40,681 nt of DNA from a virus. Taxonomy: Duplodnaviria; Caudoviricetes. This document shows positions 1-10,162 of this stretch, piece by piece; within the stretch, counting starts at the first letter, position 1, and each line of letters starts with the position of its first letter. The DNA lies in the IMG/VR virus record IMGVR_UViG_3300020409_001101, positions 1-40,681 of that record, one strand, 5' to 3'. Made by a program: the position numbers and the translations under genes. The notes beneath the pieces were generated by a model. That model had not been told where the DNA came from. It saw nothing but the letters and a program-made list of their open reading frames with translations, and ran no database searches.

Positions 1-138
1 ATGGTGTCACAAGGACAACCTGGCACGGGCGGAGGTGACAAAACTTACATAGAACAAGCAGAAGGTTATCTTGCTCATAAATGGGGCTTGACTGCTAATT
101 TACCTGTCAGCCACCCATATAAGAGTGTAGCACCATAG
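1..138 (+). CDS. 3' end of a virion/tail-fibre-associated protein (probably partial)
   Basis: Frame 1 is open to TAG at 136-138 and ends ...EGYLAHKWGLTANLPVSHPYKSVAP, a C-terminus I recall from phage LamG-like tail proteins; not in the ORF track. Confidence 0.65.
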   Translation: MVSQGQPGTGGGDKTYIEQAEGYLAHKWGLTANLPVSHPYKSVAP

Positions 139-140
139 GA

Positions 141-146
141 TAAATA
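141..146 (+). promoter_or_regulatory. T4-like late promoter (GATAAATA)
   Basis: TAAATA in the short gap before the gene at 166; same motif recurs before many genes. Confidence 0.7.
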
Positions 147-165
147 TTACAAATAGGAAAAGGAT

Positions 166-2094
166 ATGGCAAATAGATTTCCAATTATAGTTGATAGAGA
201 CGATCAAAATAAACTAAAAGAATTACCAGCAGGTGATAACTTAGACCTTACAGGATCAGGAATTGTTGGTGCAGGTAACATAGCGGCAACAGGATTAACT
301 ATTGGCGGAGTTAGTTACAACCCATTTAGTGGTAGTTATAATGATTTAACAGATAAGCCAAGTGTAGCGGCGAGTACAGATGAACTTCCAGAAGGTACAG
401 CAAAATTATACTTTACAAATGAAAGAGTTGATGATAGAGTCAACGCAATTCTTAGAGAAGGAACAGGAATTGATATAGTTTATGACGATCTCAATGGCAC
501 CATTACTATTACAAATACAGGACAAAGTAGTGGAGGTGGAGGTGGAGGTTTAGCACCTGACACAAACTTTGACGGACTTGCAAATAATCAAACTATAAAA
601 TACAGCACTACAGGCGGAGTGAGTGGAGGAGCGGCTTGGGTAAACGGATACGTTGCATACAGCGAAATAATTGGTGTACCTGCATTGGCTACTGTAGCCA
701 CAAGTGGAAGCTACAATGATTTAAGTAATAAACCTAATTTAGTAGATGATATAAGTGATTTACTAGATGTAGACACTATTACTAATCCACCAAGTACTGG
801 ACAAGTATTAAAATGGGATGGTACAAAATGGGCACCTGCAGATGATATTACAACTGGTGGTGCAGGATTAAACGCAGACACGTTAGATGGCTTTGACAGT
901 GCTTACTTTTTAAATTACAATAACTTAACTAATAGACCTACAATGTTTGATGGTCAATTTGCTTCGTTAACAGGTACGCCTAATACACTTGCTGGATACG
1001 GAATAACAGATGCAATTAGTGTAAATCAAAGTTACACACAAAACGGGCACCTTACTTTAAATGATGATACAGGACTTACCATTGGAGGTAACAGTACCCC
1101 AAGAATTAAATTACATGTATCCGGTAATACTATTTTAGAAAATTTACAGACAGAACAAGATTTCGAAATCAAAGTCAAACCTGTAGCAGGAACGACAACT
1201 GCTTTAAAAATTGACACTGGCACAAGCAGAATAGGAATATTTAAGACTTCGCCAGCATACACACTAGATGTAGGTGGAAGTGTAAACGCTTTATCTTTTT
1301 ATGGTAGTGGTTCAAATTTAACAAACATAACATTAGATCAAGTCACGACAGCAGGTAGTGAAACTACAAATAGTATAACACTAGGTAATGTTGCACCTGC
1401 GGCTGGTAGCACATACAGTCTAGGTACAAATACTATAAAGTGGCTAAACGTTTATGCAGATAATTATTACGGTGATGGTAGCAACTTAACTAACATACCT
1501 TTCTCAGGTATAAGCGGAGTATCAATAGATTATAACGGAAGCGTAATTACAAACAAACCAACAATACCTACAAACACAAATGAACTTACAAATGGCGCAG
1601 GTTTTATCACAGGCATAACTAACGAAAATCTTACAAACCTTTTAGATGTCGTAATTACAACTCCTGCAAATAATGAAGTATTAAAATATGATTCAAGTAA
1701 TGGTATATGGATTAATGGTACAGGCGGAGATAGTATTGGAAACTTTACGTTTAGTAACAGCGTAATCGATACTGATGATAGTTCAACTGTTGAGATAGAA
1801 CCGCCATGTAGAATGAGAAGCGATTTAACTGTTGATGGCAACATCAATGCCGCAAAGTTTACAGCAGATAGTTTTGAAAGTTCAGGTGTTGGAACACCTC
1901 AAATTGATAGTGCAAGTTCTATTGAACTTATAGCTCAAGACCAAGTAAAGATTACCAGTAGTCCACTTAGATTGGCTAGCTTTACATCAACTCAAAGAGA
2001 TGCGTTAACGTCAGCGAATGGCGATATGATTTACAATACAACAACTAACAAGTTCCAAGGCTATGCCAATGGTTCTTGGGTTGACTTACACTAG
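166..2094 (+). CDS. Tail fibre / virion structural protein
   Basis: G/T/S/N-rich; repeats SGSYNDL(T/S)xKP and G(S/D)GSNLTNI; GQVLKWDGTKWAP; C-terminal GDMIYNTTTNKFQGY..W; AGGA RBS. Confidence 0.8.
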   Translation: MANRFPIIVDRDDQNKLKELPAGDNLDLTGSGIVGAGNIAATGLTIGGVSYNPFSGSYNDLTDKPSVAASTDELPEGTAKLYFTNERVDDRVNAILREGTGIDIVYDDLNGTITITNTGQSSGGGGGGLAPDTNFDGLANNQTIKYSTTGGVSGGAAWVNGYVAYSEIIGVPALATVATSGSYNDLSNKPNLVDDISDLLDVDTITNPPSTGQVLKWDGTKWAPADDITTGGAGLNADTLDGFDSAYFLNYNNLTNRPTMFDGQFASLTGTPNTLAGYGITDAISVNQSYTQNGHLTLNDDTGLTIGGNSTPRIKLHVSGNTILENLQTEQDFEIKVKPVAGTTTALKIDTGTSRIGIFKTSPAYTLDVGGSVNALSFYGSGSNLTNITLDQVTTAGSETTNSITLGNVAPAAGSTYSLGTNTIKWLNVYADNYYGDGSNLTNIPFSGISGVSIDYNGSVITNKPTIPTNTNELTNGAGFITGITNENLTNLLDVVITTPANNEVLKYDSSNGIWINGTGGDSIGNFTFSNSVIDTDDSSTVEIEPPCRMRSDLTVDGNINAAKFTADSFESSGVGTPQIDSASSIELIAQDQVKITSSPLRLASFTSTQRDALTSANGDMIYNTTTNKFQGYANGSWVDLH

Positions 2095-2102
2095 GAGTAG
2101 TC

Positions 2103-3692
2103 ATGAGTGAAAAAGAATACATTGTAACTCTTAACAAAGGAGTAGACTATGCACAATTCAATCAGGAAATGATTTCTTCAACTGGTGGAGGAGACATACC
2201 TAATAGAACTGTAGACGTAGCAGACAAAAGAGAATTATCAACACGTAATACGCACTATGCTCTTACTGAAGCAGAAGCTGAATCTCTTAGAAATGATAAT
2301 AGAGTAACAGATGTACAATTACGTCCTCAAGATAGAGATGATATAGAAATTGGACATGATGCTGTGCAAACAGCAAATTTTAATAAATCATCTTCTGACT
2401 CAGGAGACTACAGAGATTGGGGTAAAATTACACATAGCTTCAAAGAAAACAAGTATGGTACAAGCACATCTTTAGGAGGCGATTTTAGCCGTCCTTATTC
2501 AATGGACGGTACTGGAGTTGACGTTGTTATTCAAGACAGTGGCCTACAAGTAGATCATCCAGAATTTTTTGATGCAAACGGAAACACAAGAATGCAACTT
2601 ATAGATTGGTATGCGGCTTCTGGTGTAACAGGTTCACAAAGTTCAAACCACTATAGAGATTATGATGGACACGGAACACACTGTGGAGGAACAGCAACAG
2701 GATTAAATTTTGGCTGGGCTTCTAATGCCAGAGTGTATAGTGTCAAGGTAGGTGGACTAGAAGGTAGTGGAGATAGTGGAGGCATTAGCATAAGCAGTTG
2801 TTTTGATGTAATCAAGGGTTGGCATCAAAACAAACCAATTGATCCTAAGACAGGCTATAAACGTCCAACTATTGTAAATGCCAGTTGGGGTTACAGTGGA
2901 TCCATTGGCGGCAGTTTCAGTAACATTACAAGTTATGTTTACAGAGGTGTAACCTATAATTCAAGTACACCAGGTTGGTCAAGCTCAACTTCGTATCATA
3001 GAGACACATATGGATTTTATCCATATTATAGATTTCCATCTTACAGATATCCTGTAAGGATAGCAAGTGTGGATGCTGATGTCGAAGACTGCGTAGATGC
3101 AGGTGTACACATTTGTATAGCCGCAGGCAACAACAGTTTTAAAATAGCAGACAGCACAGACCCTGATTATGATAACATAATTTTTTGGACATCTAGCAAC
3201 AACTACTATCATAGAGGTAGTTCACCATTTGACACAGGAGCAATCATTGTTGGAGCAATGGATATGACTCCTGAAAATGCAACAACAGAACAAAAGACTA
3301 GTTTTAGTTCAACAGGTCCAGGAGTTGATATTTTCTCTGCTGGTGAGAACATTATCAGTTGTACTAGCACTCAGACAAGATTTGGTAACACACCTTACTT
3401 TGGTAATTCAAGTTTTAAACAAACCAACATCAGTGGAACGTCAATGGCTTCTCCACAGGTGTGCGGTGTAGGTGCAATCTACTTACAGGCTGATCCTAGC
3501 TTGACTCCGGCACAACTTAAAAGCAAATTACAAGCTGATGCTTTACCTGTGTTGAAAGATGAAGGCAATGATGCCAATTACGGAGACACTAACGATATAT
3601 GTGGTGGTTATAATAGAATGTTATACAACAGATACAGCAGAGCAAATCCTTATTCAAGTAATGTTTTTGGACTGAGAAAAAAGAATAGGTAA
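2103..3692 (+). CDS. Subtilisin-like S8 serine protease, probably virion-associated
   Basis: Catalytic motifs VVIQDSG, HGTHCGG, AAGN and SGTSMASP; AGGAG RBS; lies within the tail module. Confidence 0.92.
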   Translation: MSEKEYIVTLNKGVDYAQFNQEMISSTGGGDIPNRTVDVADKRELSTRNTHYALTEAEAESLRNDNRVTDVQLRPQDRDDIEIGHDAVQTANFNKSSSDSGDYRDWGKITHSFKENKYGTSTSLGGDFSRPYSMDGTGVDVVIQDSGLQVDHPEFFDANGNTRMQLIDWYAASGVTGSQSSNHYRDYDGHGTHCGGTATGLNFGWASNARVYSVKVGGLEGSGDSGGISISSCFDVIKGWHQNKPIDPKTGYKRPTIVNASWGYSGSIGGSFSNITSYVYRGVTYNSSTPGWSSSTSYHRDTYGFYPYYRFPSYRYPVRIASVDADVEDCVDAGVHICIAAGNNSFKIADSTDPDYDNIIFWTSSNNYYHRGSSPFDTGAIIVGAMDMTPENATTEQKTSFSSTGPGVDIFSAGENIISCTSTQTRFGNTPYFGNSSFKQTNISGTSMASPQVCGVGAIYLQADPSLTPAQLKSKLQADALPVLKDEGNDANYGDTNDICGGYNRMLYNRYSRANPYSSNVFGLRKKNR

Positions 3693-3695
3693 ATA
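3690..3695 (+). promoter_or_regulatory. T4-like late promoter
   Basis: TAAATA overlapping the TAA stop of the protease, upstream of GAGGA RBS and ATG 3711. Confidence 0.6.
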
Positions 3696-3710
3696 CTACG
3701 AGGAACTTAA

Positions 3711-4394
3711 ATGGCAATTCAAACAGTTAACATAGGTACAATAGCAAACGACGGAACAGGTGACGATTTACGTGAAGCATTTGTTAAAGTCAATAATAAC
3801 TTTTCAGAACTTGATCTAAGAGCACCTGAAAAGACCACAGGTGCAAATTTAGGATCAGGTGGCGAAGGAGTATTTGCTCAGTTATCTGGTTCTGAAATGC
3901 AGTTCAAAAAGTTAATTGGAGGGACAGCCGTTACTTTGTCTAGCGACGGCAATGCAATAACAATTAACTCTACTGCTACAGGTTTACCTTTATTGCAAGT
4001 ATTTGCTGACAATAACAACACAACGCTTGATGCTAATAATACAACTTTATCTATTCAAGGTGGTAATCTTGTAACAACAAATTTAACTGGCAGTACTATT
4101 ACTATTAATTCAGAAACAAGTTTGTTGACGGATTTAAATCCAAGATTAGGTGCAAATCTTGATGGTAATAACAAAGAGATTGTTAACACCAGCGATATCA
4201 AAAGTAATGTGCATGGTATAGATATTAGAACAATGGACGGCGTACAGCCTTTTATAACAATGGATGTAGGCACTGTAAATCCAACCAATTTGACTAGTAT
4301 ATTAGCACATCTACTGGATCAATTAATTATAGACTACGGTACTATCGGAGCAACAAATACAACACCAACCTCAGATATGGGTGTTCTCTCCTAA
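3711..4394 (+). CDS. Baseplate wedge / fibre-connector protein (T4 gp9/gp10-like N-terminus)
   Basis: N-terminal INIG..NDGTGDxLRxAFxKxNxNF-type motif (VNIGTIANDGTGDDLREAFVKVNNNF). Confidence 0.8.
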   Translation: MAIQTVNIGTIANDGTGDDLREAFVKVNNNFSELDLRAPEKTTGANLGSGGEGVFAQLSGSEMQFKKLIGGTAVTLSSDGNAITINSTATGLPLLQVFADNNNTTLDANNTTLSIQGGNLVTTNLTGSTITINSETSLLTDLNPRLGANLDGNNKEIVNTSDIKSNVHGIDIRTMDGVQPFITMDVGTVNPTNLTSILAHLLDQLIIDYGTIGATNTTPTSDMGVLS

Positions 4395-4406
4395 CATACT
4401 CATAGA

Positions 4407-4412
4407 TAAATA
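4407..4412 (+). promoter_or_regulatory. T4-like late promoter (GATAAATA)
   Basis: Intergenic TAAATA upstream of AGGAG and ATG 4432. Confidence 0.7.
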
Positions 4413-4431
4413 TGTATACAGGAGTTAACGA

Positions 4432-7400
4432 ATGGCGTTTGATCCAAAAACTACAAGCATATCAGATTTAACAGGATTTTATCCTAGCCAAACAACCATC
4501 TCACTTACAAATGGTGTATTAACTATTAACAGTGACGGTGATCCATATCCTGCAAAAGCTGGTTCAAATCTAGTAAATGACGGGGTAACTATTAGAACAT
4601 TTAATAATCCTAATACAATAAAAGAACAGGATCATAATTTCAGTTTTACATATAGAGCAGGATCAAATACCAGTAGACCACAAAACGCATCTTTAGGTGC
4701 TATGGGTATTGCTACTAATGGCGTAGTTTTATTTGGTCCCATGGCAGGTCCTGGACCACTACCAGGTTCTACAGACTTACCACCAACAGGATTTAATTTT
4801 AATGCAGTGTTCAATCAAGCAAGTTATGGTGTTGATGTAGCAGGCGGGCATCCTGAAGAGAGTGGTGAGTATCACTATCATAGTGGTGCTTTTTTAGATA
4901 ATTCTTGGAACACTAATAGAGTTTACCAGGCTACCCCTTACTACAATGATTCAAAGTATAACGGTGATAGATATAGACATCCAGACGGTCATAGTAAAAT
5001 CGTAGGTTATTGTTTTGACGGCTATCCTATATACGGACCTTACGGTTATACAATAGCAATGGATAGTCAAGGAGGCATATCACAACAGACAAGTTCATAC
5101 AGAACAAGAACAAATGAACTCACAGGAAGAATGTCTTATCAAATAAAACCAGCAGGAACTTTTGTTGATGATTATGAATACATTAGAAATGCAGGCACAC
5201 TTGACGAACACAATGGAAGATATTGTGTAACTCCTGAATATCCAAACGGTACCTATGCTTACTTTCTTACTTTTGAAGAAGGCAATACAAGTGTACCAAA
5301 GTATCCTTATATTTTTGGTAACCAAACAAAACAACAGCGTGAAACAGCAACAGTGCCTGTATCAACAGAATACGATGCAGATGTCCTTTGGACAGTTAAC
5401 ACAGGACACAGTCTAGGAACTTACACTGAGAGCTTGACACAATCTATTGCTTTACCAGTTAATCAAGTTGATAGTTTATCTCTTATCTCAGGTAATTTGC
5501 CTGGAGGTTTACGACTAGAAAACAATAATCAACTTATTGGTACACCATATGAAGTAAAAAGATTAACAGAATTTTCCTTTGTGCTACGAGCAAAAAAAGG
5601 ACAAAAGATTGAGGATAGAACTTTAAAAATTACCATTGACGGTGCAGATGCTCCTACTTGGGTAACAAATGAAGGGCCATTACCTCTAGGACCCAATAAC
5701 GCATTTTATATTTTAGACAGTAGTCCTGTTGATTTTCAACTACAGGTAATTGATCCTGATCTTCCTGCAGGTGACACAGTTGAATATTATATTGCTGACG
5801 GAGACGGAGAACTGCCGCCAGGCATATCTTTAGGTAAGGACTCAGGTAAACTGACAGGTATTGTTGAGCCTATACTTGCACTAGAAAAAAGAGCTGGTTC
5901 AGGTTACTTTGATACAAATTTATATGGCAGTTATCCTTTTGATTTTGGTGTTAAAAGTTTCAATGGTTATGAAAGTTTTTACTATGATACAACATTTTAT
6001 GATTTTGCAGTCCCAACGCAAAGTCCAAAAAAATTAAATCGCTACTATGAATTTGTAGTAAGTGCAAGTGATGGTGTTGTCATTGCAAGACGTAAATTTC
6101 AAATATATCTTGTTGGTGACGACTTCCTCAGATCTGATAATACATTGATGCAGGTAGGTACTGGATTATTTACTGCTGATAACACTTACTTGAGAGCACC
6201 TGTTTGGTTGACTCCAAGTGATTTAGGTTTCAGAAGAGCAAACAATTATCTAACGTTTTTCTTAGATGTTTATGATCCTACCAGCAACCAAGGAATAATT
6301 AGTTTCACTGTAAAAGATTCAAATCCAGATGGTACACCAAGCACACTACCTCCAGGAATGACAATAGACAGCATCACTGGAGAAATCACAGGTAGAGTGC
6401 CTTATCAACCTGCGGTAACAAAAGAATTTCAATTCACCATTGAAGCGTTAAGGCAACTTGGTAGTGCAAGTAACACGTCTACACAAATATTTCCTAATAA
6501 CATAGGAGTAGCACAAGATTGGTCTGGAGAACAAAATGTGCCTTTCTTTAATTTTGCACAGAATCAATTCGTAGGACAAAATGACGAAACTGGTTGGTTG
6601 GTATTTAACCAAACACCTGTCACGGCAAATGATGCAGGAGATGTTTCTTCTATTAAAAATAGGCAGTATACAACAAGTAACATTATAGACAAAGATGTTT
6701 GGGTAGTGCAAAATGGAAGAGTAGTAGCAACCTTTACAGATAAGACTGTACAAACAATTGATGAAGGTGATACTGATTATATTAGAAGCACATTCGTAGG
6801 AACTATTGCTGATGTAGGCTTCCAAACTTTTGATCAAAACGGCGTTGTAACGGCAAACAAAAGTATTACTATTTCATTCTATAACTACAACAAAAGAGTT
6901 ACATCAGAAACAAGTCAAGTCGTTGCAAAAGACAAAACATTTACAGTCAAATTATTAGGTGAAGTAGAAAGCACAATTAATTGGAATACACCATCTGCAT
7001 TAGGTAATCTACGAGCAAACTTTGTTTCAACACTGTCTGTAGATGCAACAAGTAATGTACCTAATGCTGTTTTAATTTACACATTGACAAAAGGGCGATT
7101 ACCGCCTGGTATTTTATTAGGAATAGACGGACAGTTACAAGGAAAAATAAGACAGTTTGGTGAGCCAGGAAAACCAGGACTAACAACAATAGATAAAGCA
7201 TCGGTACCTACAACCTTTGACGGTGCTTCAACCACTATTGATAGAAGTTATACTTTTACAATCAAAGCAGAAGATCAATTTGGGTTCAGTGCAATAGAAA
7301 GAGAATTTACAATTACAACAACAGACCCAGATGATTTGTTGTACAGTAGTATTACAATGATTCCGTTATTGAAACAAGCAGAAAGAAATAAATTTAGAAA

Positions 7401-8349
7401 CTTTATTTCAGATCCAACAATTTTTACACCTGCGTCAATTTATAGACCAAATGATATAACTTTTGGATTACAAGATCAAATCAAAGTTTTAGCTTACGCA
7501 GGAATAGAAACAAAAGAAATTAAAGATTATGTGGCGGCTGTTGCTAGGAATCATAAAAGAAAACAATACAAATTTGGTACTGTGAAGAAAGCTATTGCAA
7601 AAAACCCAGGAAGCAATGATATAGTATATGAAGTCATATATGTCGATCTATTAGATCCTGCTGAACCGGTATCAGGAAAGACTGCTAAAAATTTCACAGC
7701 AGTTACCAAAAATGAAATAACAGTTGATTCTGTACAATATGCAGTGACTGATGACAATACAGGTGTTGGCACTGGCGAAGGATTCTTTGAAATAGTATTA
7801 AGAGGTGGTGTGGGAAGATCGCCTGCGTCTACTGGAACGATAACTATATTTTCAAGATTAGGTCCTTCTTTGTTTACTCCAGGAAACCAAATACCTGTGA
7901 TTGCTCAAAACGGATCACAACTGATTGTAGCAAATATAGATGACAGCATCAACTCTGATCCTTTAAGACTACGTCCTGTAGGAGATACAATCAAGATAGA
8001 TAGCAATGCAATCAATGTAAGTGAATCTAAAGATCAAAACAAATACATTAGTAATATTACAAATATGCGAGATAGAATCAGAGATGTAGGTAACAATCTA
8101 AGAGAGTTTTATCCACTATGGATGCGTACATCACAGGTTGCTGGAGAAGGAGAATTAGGATTTGTTTTAGCAGTGCCGTTGTGTTACTGTAAACCAGGAC
8201 AGGCAGATTCAGTTATCTTGAATATCAAAAACAGCGGATTTGATTTCAAAACGTTGAATGTGGAAATAGACCGATATAATATAGACGCAACCGTAGGAAA
8301 CAGTAATGAGCAATATGTGCCTTTCGCGAATTACCAGTTCAATGTGTAG
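4432..8349 (+). CDS. Large virion protein: N-terminal YHYH domain plus putative Ig (He_PIG-like) repeats
   Basis: GHP...YHYH, GYCFDGYPIYGPYG and LDEHNGR motifs; repeated LPxG(I/L/M)x(L/I)...G.(L/I).G Ig-like units. Confidence 0.8.
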   Translation: MAFDPKTTSISDLTGFYPSQTTISLTNGVLTINSDGDPYPAKAGSNLVNDGVTIRTFNNPNTIKEQDHNFSFTYRAGSNTSRPQNASLGAMGIATNGVVLFGPMAGPGPLPGSTDLPPTGFNFNAVFNQASYGVDVAGGHPEESGEYHYHSGAFLDNSWNTNRVYQATPYYNDSKYNGDRYRHPDGHSKIVGYCFDGYPIYGPYGYTIAMDSQGGISQQTSSYRTRTNELTGRMSYQIKPAGTFVDDYEYIRNAGTLDEHNGRYCVTPEYPNGTYAYFLTFEEGNTSVPKYPYIFGNQTKQQRETATVPVSTEYDADVLWTVNTGHSLGTYTESLTQSIALPVNQVDSLSLISGNLPGGLRLENNNQLIGTPYEVKRLTEFSFVLRAKKGQKIEDRTLKITIDGADAPTWVTNEGPLPLGPNNAFYILDSSPVDFQLQVIDPDLPAGDTVEYYIADGDGELPPGISLGKDSGKLTGIVEPILALEKRAGSGYFDTNLYGSYPFDFGVKSFNGYESFYYDTTFYDFAVPTQSPKKLNRYYEFVVSASDGVVIARRKFQIYLVGDDFLRSDNTLMQVGTGLFTADNTYLRAPVWLTPSDLGFRRANNYLTFFLDVYDPTSNQGIISFTVKDSNPDGTPSTLPPGMTIDSITGEITGRVPYQPAVTKEFQFTIEALRQLGSASNTSTQIFPNNIGVAQDWSGEQNVPFFNFAQNQFVGQNDETGWLVFNQTPVTANDAGDVSSIKNRQYTTSNIIDKDVWVVQNGRVVATFTDKTVQTIDEGDTDYIRSTFVGTIADVGFQTFDQNGVVTANKSITISFYNYNKRVTSETSQVVAKDKTFTVKLLGEVESTINWNTPSALGNLRANFVSTLSVDATSNVPNAVLIYTLTKGRLPPGILLGIDGQLQGKIRQFGEPGKPGLTTIDKASVPTTFDGASTTIDRSYTFTIKAEDQFGFSAIEREFTITTTDPDDLLYSSITMIPLLKQAERNKFRNFISDPTIFTPASIYRPNDITFGLQDQIKVLAYAGIETKEIKDYVAAVARNHKRKQYKFGTVKKAIAKNPGSNDIVYEVIYVDLLDPAEPVSGKTAKNFTAVTKNEITVDSVQYAVTDDNTGVGTGEGFFEIVLRGGVGRSPASTGTITIFSRLGPSLFTPGNQIPVIAQNGSQLIVANIDDSINSDPLRLRPVGDTIKIDSNAINVSESKDQNKYISNITNMRDRIRDVGNNLREFYPLWMRTSQVAGEGELGFVLAVPLCYCKPGQADSVILNIKNSGFDFKTLNVEIDRYNIDATVGNSNEQYVPFANYQFNV

Positions 8350-8355
8350 CTAGGA

Positions 8356-8361
8356 TAAATA
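8356..8361 (+). promoter_or_regulatory. T4-like late promoter (GATAAATA)
   Basis: Intergenic TAAATA upstream of AGGAG and ATG 8378. Confidence 0.7.
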
Positions 8362-8377
8362 ATAGTAGGAGAAAAAT

Positions 8378-8950
8378 ATGGCAAGTAATATTAACGACGC
8401 TGGCATTAACAAGGATTATCCTGTAGCTGGACAAGATAATGATTCACAGGGTTTCAGAGATAATTTTAATGTTATTAAAACAAACTTTACCAATGCTAAA
8501 AGCGAAATAGAAACCTTACAAAGTAGTACGGCTAAACTAAATGAAAACAATAATCACTTAGGTAATCAAATTGCCAACGCAGTTTTGATTAACAACAGTG
8601 AAGGATACTATGCAGGCGGAACAGTAAACACAAGCCAAAACATAAATTTCTCAAACGGACATCATCAATCTTTTACAGCTGGTGCAGACATTACACTTAC
8701 ATTAGCTGAGTGGCCATCAGTAGGAAAATCAGGCACAGTAAGATTATATATCAATAACGACGGAACGCAAAGAACAGTTACGTTCAATTCTAATGCAGGC
8801 GCAGGTACATTGAAAAAAATAAGCACTTGGCCAGGAGCAGGAAATACAGCAATTATTGACACTCCTAATACTAGAACATACGTGTTAGAATTTACTAGTT
8901 ATGATGCAGGTGCAACTGTTTGGGCAAATTATATTGGTTACTTTGAATAA
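8378..8950 (+). CDS. Virion structural protein (tail/baseplate associated)
   Basis: N-terminal YPVAGQDNDSQGFRDNF followed by coiled coil and beta-rich domain; late promoter; RBS. Confidence 0.65.
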   Translation: MASNINDAGINKDYPVAGQDNDSQGFRDNFNVIKTNFTNAKSEIETLQSSTAKLNENNNHLGNQIANAVLINNSEGYYAGGTVNTSQNINFSNGHHQSFTAGADITLTLAEWPSVGKSGTVRLYINNDGTQRTVTFNSNAGAGTLKKISTWPGAGNTAIIDTPNTRTYVLEFTSYDAGATVWANYIGYFE

Positions 8951-9192
8951 TGTTACACCCTTTTTCAGAGGATTCGAAAAATCTCACAGTTCCACAGATG
9001 CATGAGAAGATTCAGGATCTTACCAAAAAATATTTTCAAACAAATAACCCACAAGTAAAACAACAGATACAAACTTTTATTGATTATTACAGAACCGAAG
9101 TAGCTGTCAAAGAAGCACAAGAATCTAAAGAATTAGCAGAAAAACAGCAAAATGGTGAAATAGATCTTGACAAATTGATCAATATCGAGTAA
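8950..9192 (+). CDS. Hypothetical helical protein
   Basis: TAATG stop/start coupling with the upstream gene. Confidence 0.7.
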   Translation: MLHPFSEDSKNLTVPQMHEKIQDLTKKYFQTNNPQVKQQIQTFIDYYRTEVAVKEAQESKELAEKQQNGEIDLDKLINIE

Positions 9193-9195
9193 TAT
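9167..9195 (+). promoter_or_regulatory. Sigma70-type early promoter
   Basis: TTGACA (9167-9172), 17 bp, TAATAT (9190-9195); 7 nt before ATG 9203. Confidence 0.7.
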
Positions 9196-9202
9196 ACTAT
9201 AC

Positions 9203-9733
9203 ATGCTTATGAAGACAGACCAATTAGGAATTCCTAGATTCACGAACAAAGATCTTGTAGATATGATCTATACAGGCCATATTGACAAATGTCATGTTGT
9301 TCTTTGCGATCCAAATGATGATATTGACAAGTTTAATAAACTTGCAAAAGAATATGGAACTCCACAACTTAAAAAATATATTCCCGTAGATGTAGATAAA
9401 AAAGATTTTGATGGTGTGTGTCAAAGCGAATGGTTTATGCCTGATTCATATAAAAAAATAAATGTATATGAATACGTATTAAGTAAGATACAAACACCAG
9501 CTGAAGATAGCACTATGAAACGTGTTTGGGAAGAACTAGACGCATACAAAGAACGTGGTATGCATGATTTACTTAGATATATGATATATTTGGTAGATTA
9601 CATGCGGGAAAACAATATAGTATGGGGTGTAGGAAGAGGATCAAGTGTGGCTAGTTATGTGCTTTATGTTATTGGTGTACACAAAGTAGATTCGATTCAA
9701 TATGGACTCGATTGGCGAGAGTTCCTGAGATAA
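9203..9733 (+). CDS. DNA polymerase III alpha (DnaE/PolC family) fragment
   Basis: RVWEEL...YLVDYMRENNIVWGVGRGSSVASYVLYVIGVHKVDSIQYGLDWREFL matches the DnaE GRGS palm region; ends before the PDID catalytic motif. Confidence 0.85.
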   Translation: MLMKTDQLGIPRFTNKDLVDMIYTGHIDKCHVVLCDPNDDIDKFNKLAKEYGTPQLKKYIPVDVDKKDFDGVCQSEWFMPDSYKKINVYEYVLSKIQTPAEDSTMKRVWEELDAYKERGMHDLLRYMIYLVDYMRENNIVWGVGRGSSVASYVLYVIGVHKVDSIQYGLDWREFLR

Positions 9734-9760
9734 GTAAGTATATAATAAAGGAGGTCAATT

Positions 9761-10162
9761 ATGGCAGTTAGACAAACCGGTCGTAAGCAATACAAAACAA
9801 TGCAAGGTAAAGCAATTGATATGGATTTGCTTAGACAAAGAAATGAATTAACTCCAGCTGTTGGCAACGTTAGGGTAAATGCTAGAGGTGATGAATTAGG
9901 TCCAGGTGGCAAGATCATTAGAAAGAGAGAAGATGTTCTTAGAGAATATTATGAAAGTAATGTTGAAGCCACAGAATTTGAAGAGCCTATTTCAGTGGAT
10001 AAACCTGTATCAAAACCTGAACCAGAACTTGCAACTGAAGTTGAAGAGCCTAAAAAGACTTCTTCTACAAAAACAAAGCCTGGCAAAACAAAGGCAGAGT
10101 CAAAAGAAGAAGATGATTGGGTAGAAGACGCAGACGGTAATTTTGTTAAGAGAGGTGCATAA
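9761..10162 (+). CDS. Conserved phage hypothetical protein with acidic/Lys-rich tail
   Basis: AGGAGG RBS; VGNVRVNARGDELGPGGKII; TAAGTA late-promoter variant at 9731-9736. Confidence 0.75.
   Translation: MAVRQTGRKQYKTMQGKAIDMDLLRQRNELTPAVGNVRVNARGDELGPGGKIIRKREDVLREYYESNVEATEFEEPISVDKPVSKPEPELATEVEEPKKTSSTKTKPGKTKAESKEEDDWVEDADGNFVKRGA

Noticed and set aside
328-735. Direct repeats in the tail fibre gene as a diversity-generating or invertible element
   Set aside because: They are degenerate protein-level repeats (SGSYNDL), and there is no reverse transcriptase or invertase in the window.
9203-9733. DnaE fragment as a frameshifted pseudogene
   Set aside because: I saw no DnaE continuation after the stop; the gene has its own promoter and the next gene has its own RBS.
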